The notes: a model not told the origin generated them from the sequence alone. A stretch of DNA of 64,000 bases from Chthonomonadales bacterium (GCA_037443035.1 JBBIPC010000014.1:32700-96699); one strand, 5' to 3'; positions 20,406 to 30,598 are shown, counted from the stretch's first letter. Translations and numbers: made by a program.

Positions 20406-21405
20406 GGAACACCTCCTTTGGCCGCGGTGCTCGTAGTAGAGGTGACTGAAACACCTCCGGATTCAGTGTGGATGCCGGTGCGATACCGCGCATGAGTAGC
20501 AGTACATTCTGTGCCGCCATGAGACACATGCGACTGGCTGCTTCTACGGCGTTGAAGGCATTGTGGGCTGTGAGGATCAACCGCGGGGCGCTCCGCAGGG
20601 GGTCATCCGGCGCCAACGGCTCATCGCACGTGACGTCCAGGGCAGCGCCGGCTATGACACCTTGCTCGAGCGCCCGGATCAGCGCCGGTTCATCCACAAG
20701 AGATCCTCGGGATGTGTTGATGAAGTATGCTGTTGGCTTCATGCGCGCAAACTGCTCCGCGCCCAACATGCCCTTTGTCTCGGGGATGGCGGGTGCGTGC
20801 AGGCTGACGAAATCACTCTCTTCGAGCAGCCGTTCCAGCGTGACCATCTCCACCGTCTCCGATGCACCTCGGGTACACGGGTCATGGGCCAGGATGCGCA
20901 TGTCGAACCCTGCCATGCGCCGCGCCACAGCTCGACCGATCTGACCGTAGCCAACCAGTCCCAGCGTCTTGCCATACACTAACGTGCCGGCAAGTTCGTT
21001 CCAGCCGCCGTCATGGACCGTGCGATCCAGCTCTACAATGCGCCGAGCACAGGCGATGATCAGCCCGACAGTGAAATCCGCTACGGCGTCCACCATGGCA
21101 CCGGGAGTGTTCGTGCACACCACGCCGGCCTGCGTGGCCGCCTGGACGTCCACGGCGTCGTATCCCACGCCCACCCTCGATACGATCTTGAGCTGGGGGA
21201 TGCCAGCGAACACCTCGGCAGTGTAGTCTTCTGAGGACGCGAGAACTGCGTCACACCCATGCAGGATCTCGATCAGCTCCGCGGTTGGATAGCGTGCGAA
21301 ACGTGGTGGTCGGACGACCGTACATCCGGCTTCTTCGAGAGCCGACTGCGCCTCCGTGCCGTGATTCCAGAATGCACGGGAGGTGCCAAGCACACGCCAG
21401 CTCAT
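20395..21405 (-). CDS. D-isomer-specific 2-hydroxyacid (phosphoglycerate-like) dehydrogenase
   Basis: GVGYDAVD, GLVGYGQIG, INTSRG, ALDV..EP. Confidence 0.92.
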   Translation of the reverse strand: MSWRVLGTSRAFWNHGTEAQSALEEAGCTVVRPPRFARYPTAELIEILHGCDAVLASSEDYTAEVFAGIPQLKIVSRVGVGYDAVDVQAATQAGVVCTNTPGAMVDAVADFTVGLIIACARRIVELDRTVHDGGWNELAGTLVYGKTLGLVGYGQIGRAVARRMAGFDMRILAHDPCTRGASETVEMVTLERLLEESDFVSLHAPAIPETKGMLGAEQFARMKPTAYFINTSRGSLVDEPALIRALEQGVIAGAALDVTCDEPLAPDDPLRSAPRLILTAHNAFNAVEAASRMCLMAAQNVLLLMRGIAPASTLNPEVFQSPLLRAPRPKEVFHAQ

Positions 21406-21432
21406 GGACTTACGTCCTCAGGTTCGCATTGG

Positions 21433-22404
21433 CTACCATGCACCCACATAGAGGACCTCCTCTTCGAGTTGCACCCCGAAACGTTCGGCGACCCGCTGCT
21501 TCACCAGGTCTGCCACCGCTCGAACGTCGGATGCCGAAGCCCCACCCCGATTGACGATGAAGTTCGCGTGGCGCACACTGACTTCAGCTCCCCCGATGCG
21601 CAGGCCTTTACAGCCGCACGCAGCGCTCAAGTAGCCTGCAGGCACAACGCCGGCTTCTCGTAGCTCGCTGGGAAGACCGGTTATGCGTTCGGCGAGGTCG
21701 TGGTCGTAGACGTTCTTGAAGAAGCTGCCTGCTGAAGGCTGCCACGGCTGGCGATGGATGCGATTGTGCTGGTACTGCCTTGCCTCTTTCAGGATCTCCT
21801 CTTTCGGACGAGGCCGCAACTCCAGCTCCACTGCGACAACGCAATCCGTATGTGACGCGGATCTGCGTAGGCGGCTGTCCCTGTAGCCGAACTCCATCCA
21901 AGCTGCAGGAACGCGCCTAAGTTCACCCGCCTCTACCACGATTAGCGATCGAACGAGGGGACCGATGGAGCGCCGATAGGCACCTGCGTTGGACACGAGC
22001 GCACCGCCGACTGTTCCTGGGATGCCGACTGCGAACTCCAGACCGCCAAGACCCTGACACATCGTTCGGAGGAACAGACGGATGAGGTTGTGGCCGCAGG
22101 AGACACGCACGGTCTCACTGAAGGAAATGTTCTGCGCCCGGTTGTGGATGACCAGCCCGCGAATCCCGGCGTCCGCCACGCAGACATTGCTCCCGCCACC
22201 CAGCACGAACCATGGAATGTCGTGGTGCTGGGCAAGTGCAACGGCCTCCGCAAGTTCATCGTCCGTCTGAACCGTCAGGTAGAACTCGGCAGGTCCACCT
22301 ACCTGTAACGTCGTGAGGGGCGCCAGCGGGACGCCCCTCAAGACGCGGCTTCGAAGCGGTTCCGGCAAGTCCTGCACCGCTCGTTCAGAGGCTGACGAGG
22401 GCAA
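21433..22404 (-). CDS. murB: UDP-N-acetylenolpyruvoylglucosamine reductase (start approximate)
   Basis: GGGSN, GIPGTVGG, FGYRDS, SAGSFFKN, HANFIVN. Confidence 0.95.
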   Translation of the reverse strand: MPSSASERAVQDLPEPLRSRVLRGVPLAPLTTLQVGGPAEFYLTVQTDDELAEAVALAQHHDIPWFVLGGGSNVCVADAGIRGLVIHNRAQNISFSETVRVSCGHNLIRLFLRTMCQGLGGLEFAVGIPGTVGGALVSNAGAYRRSIGPLVRSLIVVEAGELRRVPAAWMEFGYRDSRLRRSASHTDCVVAVELELRPRPKEEILKEARQYQHNRIHRQPWQPSAGSFFKNVYDHDLAERITGLPSELREAGVVPAGYLSAACGCKGLRIGGAEVSVRHANFIVNRGGASASDVRAVADLVKQRVAERFGVQLEEEVLYVGAW

Positions 22405-22444
22405 CTCTTGCGGACCTACCGGCTCCCCATACCCGACGATGCGA

Positions 22445-23236
22445 TCACGGCTTCGCCGGTCCAGGCGTCGCGTCTCCCTTGGCCAGACCCAGCGCCCAAC
22501 GGATGCCGCCAAGCATGTGCTGCCGTACCACCTCGTTCTCCCACACGTCTCCTCGATGGCCAAAGGCAGTGTAGAAAACGCGCCCCTTGCCATGCATCTT
22601 GCACCATGCGAGCAGGCAATCGCCAGGCTGATTGGCGACTGGCCGACCATCATCGGGATTCTTGTCCAGGTAGAGCAGCACGTGAACCTTGGACCGGTCG
22701 TTGTGCTTGAAGATGTACACCTCTTCGAGGATCTTCGTCCCTTTCACCCATGACGCTGTCGCGGGGTGTTTGGGGTCCTGAACTAACGGCTCGATGGTGC
22801 ACTGGCGTCCGTGGGTGAGGAACTCGTCTCCGATGAGGTCGAGGTAGTCCGCATTGCCATGGTACGTGTCCGTGGCCGCATGCATGCCGATGAAGGCCTT
22901 GCCGCCCTTGATCCACTCGATGAAGGCCTTGAGGTCCGGGATCCCGAGGTCCCCCGTCGTGTTGTTGAAGATAACGCCATCGAACTTGTTGGCGTTGAGG
23001 TATTCCGGCGTGAGCATACGCTTCACATCATCGGCATTGCGGCAGAATTCGAGGGTGAAGATGCCCGTTCGCTCGCCGATCTCCAGGAGAGTCTTCTCTC
23101 CCACGGCGATGCCCTCTTCGTGCCGGAATCCTGCAGTGTGGCTTACCAGCAGGAGTTTCTTCTTCGGCGGAGCTGCGTACGCCATTGGCAGGCAACACGC
23201 TGCCAGAACAACCAAGACCATGAGACGCATTTCCAT
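22445..23236 (-). CDS. Exported ThuA-domain protein
   Basis: SHTAGFRH, GMHAATDT, GRVFYTAFGH. Confidence 0.9.
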   Translation of the reverse strand: MEMRLMVLVVLAACCLPMAYAAPPKKKLLLVSHTAGFRHEEGIAVGEKTLLEIGERTGIFTLEFCRNADDVKRMLTPEYLNANKFDGVIFNNTTGDLGIPDLKAFIEWIKGGKAFIGMHAATDTYHGNADYLDLIGDEFLTHGRQCTIEPLVQDPKHPATASWVKGTKILEEVYIFKHNDRSKVHVLLYLDKNPDDGRPVANQPGDCLLAWCKMHGKGRVFYTAFGHRGDVWENEVVRQHMLGGIRWALGLAKGDATPGPAKP

Positions 23237-23383
23237 GCGAAACCTCCCTTTCCGAGCCTCGCTTCATCCTCCGTGCCCGCTTCGCCTTCCTCTTCGACGT
23301 ATGCCTTGCGGCTTCCTGCATCGCAACGAAGTGTATAATACAGTACAGACGCGCGTAGGCTGAGCGCTGTTCGGAGGGGAACT

Positions 23384-24040
23384 GTGCCAAGTCCAACTAC
23401 CCAGAAAGTCCCTGTACCGGCTCTGGAGCGGCTCGCCACGTACCATCGGCATCTCCTCGACCTGGAATCCGAACAGGTGGCCACGATCTCGTCGGCGGAG
23501 CTCGAGCAACATACCGGCATACCAGCCGCCCAGTTTCGCAAGGATCTCTCCTACTTCGGGGAGTTCGGCAAGCCCGGCGTAGGCTACAAGGTCTCCGACC
23601 TCCGAGCAGCCATCGGCCGCATCCTCCATGTGGACGAAGAGCAGAAGGTCATACTGGTTGGGGCCGGTAACTTAGGCGCCGCGCTCGTGGGCTATCCAGG
23701 TCTCAAGGAGCAGAAGTTCACCCTCGTGGCGGTCTTCGACAACAACTATGCCAAGATCGGGCGCAGGCTCTGGGACATGGAGATTCTGGACGTCGCTCGA
23801 CTCCAAGAGGTAAACGCCATCCACCAGGCGGGCATTGGCATTCTCGCCGTCCCCCGGCACGCCGCCCAGGAAGCTGCCGACGCCATGATCGCCGCCGGTG
23901 TACGTTGCATCCTGAACTTCGCTCCCACGGTTCTTAGAGTGCCTCCGGAGGTCACCGTGCGGAACGTATCCTTCGTGCAGGAGCTGGCAGTCCTCTCTTA
24001 CCACCTTGCGGCAGCGAACCCGTGCCAAGAAGCCAAATGA
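23384..24040 (+). CDS. rex: Redox-sensing transcriptional repressor Rex
   Basis: RKDLSYFGEFGKPGVGY; VGAGNLG; ILNFAP. Confidence 0.96.
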   Translation: MPSPTTQKVPVPALERLATYHRHLLDLESEQVATISSAELEQHTGIPAAQFRKDLSYFGEFGKPGVGYKVSDLRAAIGRILHVDEEQKVILVGAGNLGAALVGYPGLKEQKFTLVAVFDNNYAKIGRRLWDMEILDVARLQEVNAIHQAGIGILAVPRHAAQEAADAMIAAGVRCILNFAPTVLRVPPEVTVRNVSFVQELAVLSYHLAAANPCQEAK

Positions 24041-24089
24041 CGCTTGCCATTGGTGTGCCCTCGTGGGGCAAGGGGTGCTCGAAAGCGGT

Positions 24090-25721
24090 ATGATCGGCAC
24101 CCAGGAGACAGACTTCCTCGTCATTGGGAGCGGCATCGCAGGTCTCACCTTCGTCCGGAAGGTGGCAGGTTGTGGCCTGACCGTCATGCTGACGAAGAAG
24201 GATCGGGCCGAATCGAACACCAACTACGCCCAGGGCGGCATTGCCGGCGTCATGTCGCCAGACGACAGCTTCGAGCTGCATGCCAGGGATACCCTCGCAG
24301 CGGGAGCGGGCCTCTGTCACGAGGACGCGGTGAACACACTCGTAGCGGAGGGGCCAGCGAGAATCCGCGAACTCATCGAGATCGGCGCAAGGTTTTCCTT
24401 GGAGCGAGACGCCTCCGGGCGTGAAGTCCTTGCTCTCGGCCGCGAGGGCGGTCACTCACGTAATCGAATCGTGCACGCCGTGGACCGAACGGGTTGGGAA
24501 TGCGAGCGCACGTTGCTGGCGTCCCTGCGAGACCGCACGGACCTTCGCATCCTCGAGCATTGGTTCGTCATTGACTTGGCCATCGCTAGCGTCCACGGAC
24601 AGGATACGTGCGCTGGTGCCTATGCCCTGAATACCGCCACCGGCGAGATATGCTTGTTCAAGGCGAAGGCTGTACTCTTGGCAACTGGCGGCTGCGGGAG
24701 AATCTACCTGCACACCACGAACCCGGATATCGCCACCGGCGATGGTGTCGCTATGGCGTGGCGCGCAGGCGCCGCCATTGCCAATATGGAGTTCATTCAG
24801 TTCCATCCGACAACCCTCTACCATCCCCACGGTCGGTCGTTCCTCATCTCCGAGGCCGTCCGAGGCGAAGGCGGTATCCTGCGCACTTCCGATGGCGAGC
24901 CGTTCATGCACCGATACCACCCGATGGGTGACCTTGCTCCGCGCGATATCGTCGCTCGGGCCATTCATACCGAGCGTCTGAAGCGCGGAGAGCCGTGTGT
25001 CTACCTCGACGTCACGCACCTCGGCGACGACTTTCTGCGGCGCAGGTTTCCAACTATCCATGCTCGCTGCATGGAGCTCGGCATTGATATCTCCACAGAG
25101 CCCATACCAGTCGTCCCTGCAGCCCACTACATGTGCGGGGGTGTTCAGACGGATCTCGACGGTCGGACCACCCTGCCGGGTCTCTTCGCGGCAGGCGAAG
25201 TGGCGTGCACAGGTGTGCACGGTGCCAACCGACTCGCCTCCAACTCCCTGCTCGAAGCCATGGTCTTCGGGCATCGGGCGGCGGAAAGCGCCAAGCAGCA
25301 TGCCGCAGCGATGGCGAGCACGGGAGAGCTAGTCCCACGGCCAGCGCTCCTGGATGGTGAGCAAGCCATCGAGGGCGGCACAGAAGCGCCGCCTCCTGCG
25401 GTCGTAGGGGCCGCACGTCGGCATCTACAGGCCGTGATGCATGACTACGTGGGCATCGTTCGCAACGTTCGTGGCCTGAACGCTGCGCGGGTCGAAGTCG
25501 CGCGCTTCCGGAAGGAAGCTCGCGATCTCGTTCGTGACTGCACCCCGGATGTTGACGTGCTCGAGTTCCGGAATATGAGCGATGTGGCAGCTCTCGTTGT
25601 GCACTGCGCCCTTCAGCGCAGGGAGTCCCGGGGTCTGCACTACATCCTGGACTACCCGAACACCGACGATACCCAGCGCCATGATAGCGTCGTTACCAAG
25701 TCGGATTCCCTGGACAGGTAA
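24090..25721 (+). CDS. nadB: L-aspartate oxidase
   Basis: SNTNYAQGGIA, REGGHS, EFIQFHPT, SEAVRGEG, HGANRLASNSLLE, ESRGLH. Confidence 0.96.
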   Translation: MIGTQETDFLVIGSGIAGLTFVRKVAGCGLTVMLTKKDRAESNTNYAQGGIAGVMSPDDSFELHARDTLAAGAGLCHEDAVNTLVAEGPARIRELIEIGARFSLERDASGREVLALGREGGHSRNRIVHAVDRTGWECERTLLASLRDRTDLRILEHWFVIDLAIASVHGQDTCAGAYALNTATGEICLFKAKAVLLATGGCGRIYLHTTNPDIATGDGVAMAWRAGAAIANMEFIQFHPTTLYHPHGRSFLISEAVRGEGGILRTSDGEPFMHRYHPMGDLAPRDIVARAIHTERLKRGEPCVYLDVTHLGDDFLRRRFPTIHARCMELGIDISTEPIPVVPAAHYMCGGVQTDLDGRTTLPGLFAAGEVACTGVHGANRLASNSLLEAMVFGHRAAESAKQHAAAMASTGELVPRPALLDGEQAIEGGTEAPPPAVVGAARRHLQAVMHDYVGIVRNVRGLNAARVEVARFRKEARDLVRDCTPDVDVLEFRNMSDVAALVVHCALQRRESRGLHYILDYPNTDDTQRHDSVVTKSDSLDR

Positions 25722-25745
25722 TCCTGTCCCACGTCCCACGCGGTC

Positions 25746-25845
25746 TTGCCTCATCTAAGAACCTGACCGAGAGCGTCTTGCGGTACGGGTGAGAGCGGGT
25801 GAATGCAATCCCATGTTCTTGGCAATAGCGGCATAGGTGGGCGTT
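25746..25845 (-). mobile_element. Internally deleted IS remnant (integrase-core DDE transposase fragment joined to element-end-like sequence)
   Basis: Minus-strand NAHLCRYCQEHGIAFTRSHPYRK resembles the FTRSRPYRKND segment of rve-type (ISNCY-like) transposases, followed by SVRFLDEA / TGAGGCAA. Confidence 0.7.
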
Positions 25846-25864
25846 ACCAAAGGTATGATGAAGT

Positions 25865-27220
25865 ATGCGCCGCACGTCTCGGTCCCGCTCCAGTTCCAGC
25901 CGTCCTGCATTACGACGCATCCTTTATCCCTTCCAGCAGTTCCTCCAGCTCGAGACGTCCAGCGGCGTCCTCTTGCTCGTCTGCACCACTATCGCCTTGG
26001 TCTGGGCTAACTCCAGCTACGGAGACATCTACCGACAAATCCTGGACACACCAATTACCGTCGGCGTGGGCAAGTGGCTGTCGCGACACTCGGTACTATT
26101 CTGGATCAACGATGGGCTGATGGCGGTGTTTTTCTTCGTGGTTGGCCTGGAAATCAAGCGCGAGGTGATTGGTGGTGAGCTGGCCGACAAGAAGAAGGCC
26201 GCACTGCCCATCATTGCAGCCTTCGGAGGCATGGTAGCGCCGGCGTGCATCTATGCCTCGCTAAACTGGGGTACGGCCGACATCCATGGCTGGGGCGTGC
26301 CCGTGGCCACGGATATCGCATTCGCGATTGGCGTGCTTACGATTCTGGGGGCCAGGGCACCGATCGCACTGAAGGTCTTTCTTACGGCTCTTGCCATTGC
26401 CGACGATATCGGGGCCGTGGTAGTGATTGCGTTGTTCTACGGTCACGGCTTCGTTCCTGCGGCGCTCGCCTTGGGTCTTGGCGTTCTAGCACTGTCGTGG
26501 GTTCTGGGGCGGATGGGGCTGCGTTCGCCAATGGCCTTCGCGCTCCTGGGTATCGGCGTATGGGCGGCCTTCCTGCAGTCAGGCGTGCATGCCACCGTTG
26601 CGGGCGTCCTTCTCGCCCTGACTGTCCCAGCAACCACCGAACTTGACGGTGATGAGTTCCGAGCCCGTGTCGAGGGGGCCATGGATGACTTCGCGCGGTT
26701 GCCGCGAGACGGTGTGCCGACCCTTGCCGCCGAGCAGCAAGCAGCGATTTCCGCCCTGGAAAGCGCGTGCGAGTCCGTGCAGACCCCACTCCAGCGTCTA
26801 GAGCGGATGCTCCATCCCTGGGTGTCGTACGCCATCATGCCGGTCTTCGCGCTGGCCAATGCTGGAGTTCACATTGCGGGCATTGGCAAGCTAGAGCATC
26901 TTGGCGTTCCCCTTGGCGTCATCCTTGGCCTGGTGATTGGCAAGCCGCTGGGAATCACCGCGGCCTCATGGCTCGCAGTTCGGTTTCGCCTTGCCGAGAA
27001 GCCAAGCGACGTGACCTGGAGGCAGATACTCGGCGCCGGTGTCTTGGGAGGCATTGGCTTCACCATGGCCTTGTTCATCGCCGGACTGTCCTACCGTCAT
27101 CCCGCGACGCTCGCGGCGGCGAAGGCCAGTATCCTCGGAGCGTCCCTCGTCGCTGGCGTGGTTGGATACGCGTCTCTGCGATGGTGCTCGGTGCATTGCC
27201 GCAAACCAACGGCGGACTGA
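25865..27220 (+). CDS. nhaA: Na+/H+ antiporter NhaA
   Basis: WINDGLMA, GLEIKRE, ATDIAFA, LAIADDIG, GIGFTMALF. Confidence 0.96.
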   Translation: MRRTSRSRSSSSRPALRRILYPFQQFLQLETSSGVLLLVCTTIALVWANSSYGDIYRQILDTPITVGVGKWLSRHSVLFWINDGLMAVFFFVVGLEIKREVIGGELADKKKAALPIIAAFGGMVAPACIYASLNWGTADIHGWGVPVATDIAFAIGVLTILGARAPIALKVFLTALAIADDIGAVVVIALFYGHGFVPAALALGLGVLALSWVLGRMGLRSPMAFALLGIGVWAAFLQSGVHATVAGVLLALTVPATTELDGDEFRARVEGAMDDFARLPRDGVPTLAAEQQAAISALESACESVQTPLQRLERMLHPWVSYAIMPVFALANAGVHIAGIGKLEHLGVPLGVILGLVIGKPLGITAASWLAVRFRLAEKPSDVTWRQILGAGVLGGIGFTMALFIAGLSYRHPATLAAAKASILGASLVAGVVGYASLRWCSVHCRKPTAD

Positions 27221-27295
27221 GCATCAGACGAGCTTCGCTCGCGTGAACTAGGGTGCGGGACAGAGATCCCGGACTGTCCAAGACGTGTGATGCCC

Positions 27296-28003
27296 TCAGC
27301 AGAGCAATGCCGATAGGCGCCGTCTGAGTTCGTCGCGCACCTGTCGGAATGCAGCCAGGCGCTCCTCGGCAGAACCGTTCACTGCTGCTGGGTCCGGCAA
27401 GTCCCAATGCAAGCGAACGGCGTTCCCGAGGAAGACCGGACACTCCTCCTCTCCGCAGAGGGTGATGACCGCATCCACCTCTTCTGCAGGTACTTCGCTC
27501 ACAGCCTTGGAGCGATGGTGGGAGATGTCGATACCGGTCTCGGAAAGCACATGGACAGCTTCCGGACGGACGCTCGTAGGTTTGGAACCTGCCGACCAGA
27601 CGCTGACATGGTCCGGCGCGAGTGCCCTGGCGATGCCCTCCGCCATCTGACTGCGGGCTGAGTTGGCCACGCAAAGGAACAGGATGCCGTGCGGTTCCAG
27701 CGCCCGGAGCACTGCGGCCTCCACGAGCCATTCCGGCGGGACGCCTGCGCCGCCTTCGTAGGTACGGCAGCACAGCGCTCCTGTGTCGGTGCTTCGCCCT
27801 TCGACGTCCCGACCGTTCACACGCACGGACGGGGAGCCGAGGAAACCCAGGCGTGCAGCGTCTTCCTCGGTCTCGACTTTCACGCATTCCACGACTGCTC
27901 CAGGTGCCAGGCGTTCTACCACACGCTGCGCGAGCTCCAGGGTGGGTTCGGCGTTGGGACAGCCGCCGAAACCCAGGACCTCTACGCGGATGGATCGATT
28001 CAC
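27296..28003 (-). CDS. arsC: Arsenate reductase (LMW-PTP/Trx-coupled type) with N-terminal thioredoxin-like domain
   Basis: C-terminal [33 protein letters not shown]-terminal [25 protein letters not shown] start overlaps acr3 stop (GTGA). Confidence 0.88.
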   Translation of the reverse strand: MNRSIRVEVLGFGGCPNAEPTLELAQRVVERLAPGAVVECVKVETEEDAARLGFLGSPSVRVNGRDVEGRSTDTGALCCRTYEGGAGVPPEWLVEAAVLRALEPHGILFLCVANSARSQMAEGIARALAPDHVSVWSAGSKPTSVRPEAVHVLSETGIDISHHRSKAVSEVPAEEVDAVITLCGEEECPVFLGNAVRLHWDLPDPAAVNGSAEERLAAFRQVRDELRRRLSALLC

Positions 28004-29103
28004 GATGTCTCCTCCCGGGCAGGCACAAAGTATCTGGCACGGAGTCGCAGGGACACATTCACCAGGCTGATGAGGACCGGCACCTCGACCAAAGGACCGA
28101 TGACTGCTGCGAATGCCGCTCCGGAGCTGATCCCGAACACAGCAACGGCTACCGCAATCGCCAGTTCGAAGTTGTTGCTGGCGGCAGTGAAAGACAATGT
28201 GGCAGTCTTGGGGTAATCGGCGCCGAGCTTGCTGCCTATGTAGAACGACACGAGGAACATGACCACGAAGTAGACGAGCAGCGGGATGGCGACCCGCACC
28301 ACATCGAGAGGTAACTGCACAATGTACTCGCCTTTCAGCGCGAACATGACGACGATGGTGAACAGGAGTGCAATGAGAGTGATGGGACCGATCCGCGGGA
28401 TGAAGATCTTTTCGTACGAGTCGCGCCCCTTCGTACGCAACCCCACCCACCGCGTCAGCATACCCGCGATGAAGGGTATTCCGAGGTATATGAAGACGCT
28501 CTCGGCGATCGCTCCGATGGTGATCTTGGAGAGATCCACATTGCCGAAGCTGAAGCCGAGCAGTGGCGGGAACACCTTCACGAAAAGATAGGCATACACC
28601 GAGTAGAAGAGAACCTGAAACACGGAGTTGAGAGCAACCAATCCGGCCGCGTATTCCGTATCTCCTCGCGCAAGCTCGTTCCAGACGATGACCATCGCAA
28701 TGCAGCGCGCCAGACCGATCATGATCAGACCGATCGCGTATTCCGGCTTGTCATGAAGGAAGAGCAAGGAGAGCAGGAACATGAGGATCGGGCCGACCAC
28801 CCAGTTCTGTATCAGAGACAGCGCCAGGACCTTAGTGTTCCGCAACACCTCCGGCAATTCCTCGTACTTCACCTTGGCAAGAGGCGGGTACATCATGAGG
28901 ATAAGGCCGATGGCAATGGGTATGGAGGTCGTGCCGACCGATAGGTTGGTGATAGTCTTCACCACGCCCGGGGCTAGATAGCCCAGACCCACTCCGAAGG
29001 CCATTCCCAAGAATATCCAGAGGGTCAGGTAGCGGTCGAGAAAGGACAGGTGGCGGACTACAGGTTCGTCCTGCATGGTCCGAGCTATGGCTTCGTCATT
29101 CAT
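28000..29103 (-). CDS. acr3: ACR3 family arsenite efflux transporter
   Basis: [47 protein letters not shown]. Confidence 0.97.
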   Translation of the reverse strand: MNDEAIARTMQDEPVVRHLSFLDRYLTLWIFLGMAFGVGLGYLAPGVVKTITNLSVGTTSIPIAIGLILMMYPPLAKVKYEELPEVLRNTKVLALSLIQNWVVGPILMFLLSLLFLHDKPEYAIGLIMIGLARCIAMVIVWNELARGDTEYAAGLVALNSVFQVLFYSVYAYLFVKVFPPLLGFSFGNVDLSKITIGAIAESVFIYLGIPFIAGMLTRWVGLRTKGRDSYEKIFIPRIGPITLIALLFTIVVMFALKGEYIVQLPLDVVRVAIPLLVYFVVMFLVSFYIGSKLGADYPKTATLSFTAASNNFELAIAVAVAVFGISSGAAFAAVIGPLVEVPVLISLVNVSLRLRARYFVPAREETS

Positions 29104-29130
29104 GATCCCTTTGCTCTAGCAAGGTTGTCC

Positions 29131-29160
29131 TGCGACGAGCCGGCGTGCCGACTCGTCGCA
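29131..29160 (-). other. Strong GC hairpin directly after arsM stop
   Basis: TGCGACGAG-T-CGGC-AC-GCCG-G-CTCGTCGCA, no U-tract. Confidence 0.6.
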
Positions 29161-30042
29161 CTAACAGCAAGACGCCCGCCGCACTCGACGTGCTGGTTTT
29201 CTTGCACGTATGAAGGCGCTGACGAGCGCGCCGTCTAGCGTGTTCAGGTCGTTGACCGACAGCGCGCTCCAGGCTTCGCCCAGCGATGCTCGCATATCCT
29301 CGAGTGTGTACGCACGCGTCGGCGTCACGGTTACGTCCACGAACCCGGCCTGAGCGAGACCCACGCGCACCTCGTCCTCCAATAACGCACCTGCGATGCA
29401 GCCTGCCCACAGATCTGCGTCGCGTCGCAGATCTTCCGGTACAGGCCTGCGCCATACGATGTCGGACACGGCCAGACGACCGCCCGGCTTCAGCACGCGG
29501 TATGCTTCGCGAAAGACCCTCGGCTTATCGGCTGATAGGTTGATGACGCAGTTCGACAGGATCACGTCAATGCTGCGGTCCGGGAGGGGGATATGCTCCA
29601 TCGTTCCTTTGAGGAAACAGGCGTTCTGGATTCCAGCCTTCGCGCGATTCCGCTCGGCAAGCTCCAGCATCTCGTCCGTCATGTCCACGCCATAGGCCAT
29701 GCCATCAGGTGCGATGCGCTGTGCAGCCAGCAGGACATCCACTCCACCGCCGCTGCCCAGGTCCAGAACGATCTCTCCAGGCTTCAACTCAGCCAGAGCT
29801 GTGGGATTGCCGCAGCCTAGGGAAGCTAAGAGAGCTTCCTCAGGAAGGTTACGGGCCTCCTGGGACGAGTAAAGCCCGCCGGTGATGGGGTCCGATGTCG
29901 AAGACGATCCGCAGCAAGCATCGGTGCCTCCGCTGCAACACGAAGCCTTCGCACGGCTTTCCAGGACTAGCCGCGCTGCTTGTCCGTAACGTTCCCGGAC
30001 GACCTTCTGAATGTCCAACGTGCTGTTGTCGTCTTGTATCAT
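29161..30042 (-). CDS. arsM: Arsenite S-adenosylmethionine methyltransferase
   Basis: SLGCGNP, LDLGSGGG, SNCVINLS, WAGCIAGA; N- and C-terminal CC pairs. Confidence 0.96.
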   Translation of the reverse strand: MIQDDNSTLDIQKVVRERYGQAARLVLESRAKASCCSGGTDACCGSSSTSDPITGGLYSSQEARNLPEEALLASLGCGNPTALAELKPGEIVLDLGSGGGVDVLLAAQRIAPDGMAYGVDMTDEMLELAERNRAKAGIQNACFLKGTMEHIPLPDRSIDVILSNCVINLSADKPRVFREAYRVLKPGGRLAVSDIVWRRPVPEDLRRDADLWAGCIAGALLEDEVRVGLAQAGFVDVTVTPTRAYTLEDMRASLGEAWSALSVNDLNTLDGALVSAFIRARKPARRVRRASCC

Positions 30043-30046
30043 AGGA

Positions 30047-30511
30047 TCACTCCTCCTGGGGTCCCGACGAATCGGTGAGGCAGGTATCCGGTGAGTCTTC
30101 CTTCCAGTTGGCCAGAGCGCCGCTGTGTCCATGGGCCGCGGCACCGTCGCCTCCTTCGAGCAGTCGCAGAACACTGGAGAGAACTCGGAGAGCAGACGGG
30201 TTCACCATACAGAGCATGAACCGACCCTGACGCTCCACGTGGATGAGACCGGCGTGCTCCAGCTTGTGGACATGGAACGACAGTGTCGAGGTGATGTGTT
30301 CTTCTCCTGTCATGCGGCAACAGAGCTCGCCAATGGTGGCACCGTGCCTGCGATGGACTCCGCCTCCAGCGCTCAATGCCGCTTGATCACAACACGCCAC
30401 CAGAATCTGGAAGATTCGGAGCCTCGTGGGGTCGCCGAGCGCTCTGAAGATGGCCGCCGCTCGAACCAGGAAGTCCTTATCATCACTCGTCGCATACAGT
30501 TCGATATTCAT
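30047..30511 (-). CDS. arsR: ArsR/SmtB family regulator
   Basis: FRALGDPTRLRI, ELCC, STLSFH..L..AGLI..ERQGR. Confidence 0.9.
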   Translation of the reverse strand: MNIELYATSDDKDFLVRAAAIFRALGDPTRLRIFQILVACCDQAALSAGGGVHRRHGATIGELCCRMTGEEHITSTLSFHVHKLEHAGLIHVERQGRFMLCMVNPSALRVLSSVLRLLEGGDGAAAHGHSGALANWKEDSPDTCLTDSSGPQEE

Positions 30512-30517
30512 AGAAGT

Positions 30518-30547
30518 ATTATGACATGCAGCCCTCATGCGTGTCAA
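30518..30547 (-). promoter_or_regulatory. Sigma70 promoter TTGACA-18-CATAAT, probably giving a leaderless arsR transcript
   Basis: -35 at 30547-30542, -10 at 30523-30518, 6 nt before ATG 30511. Confidence 0.65.
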
Positions 30548-30598
30548 GGAGCGCAATCGTGCGTCGCAACCCCCGGTTTGGTGCTGCCGTCTGTACGA

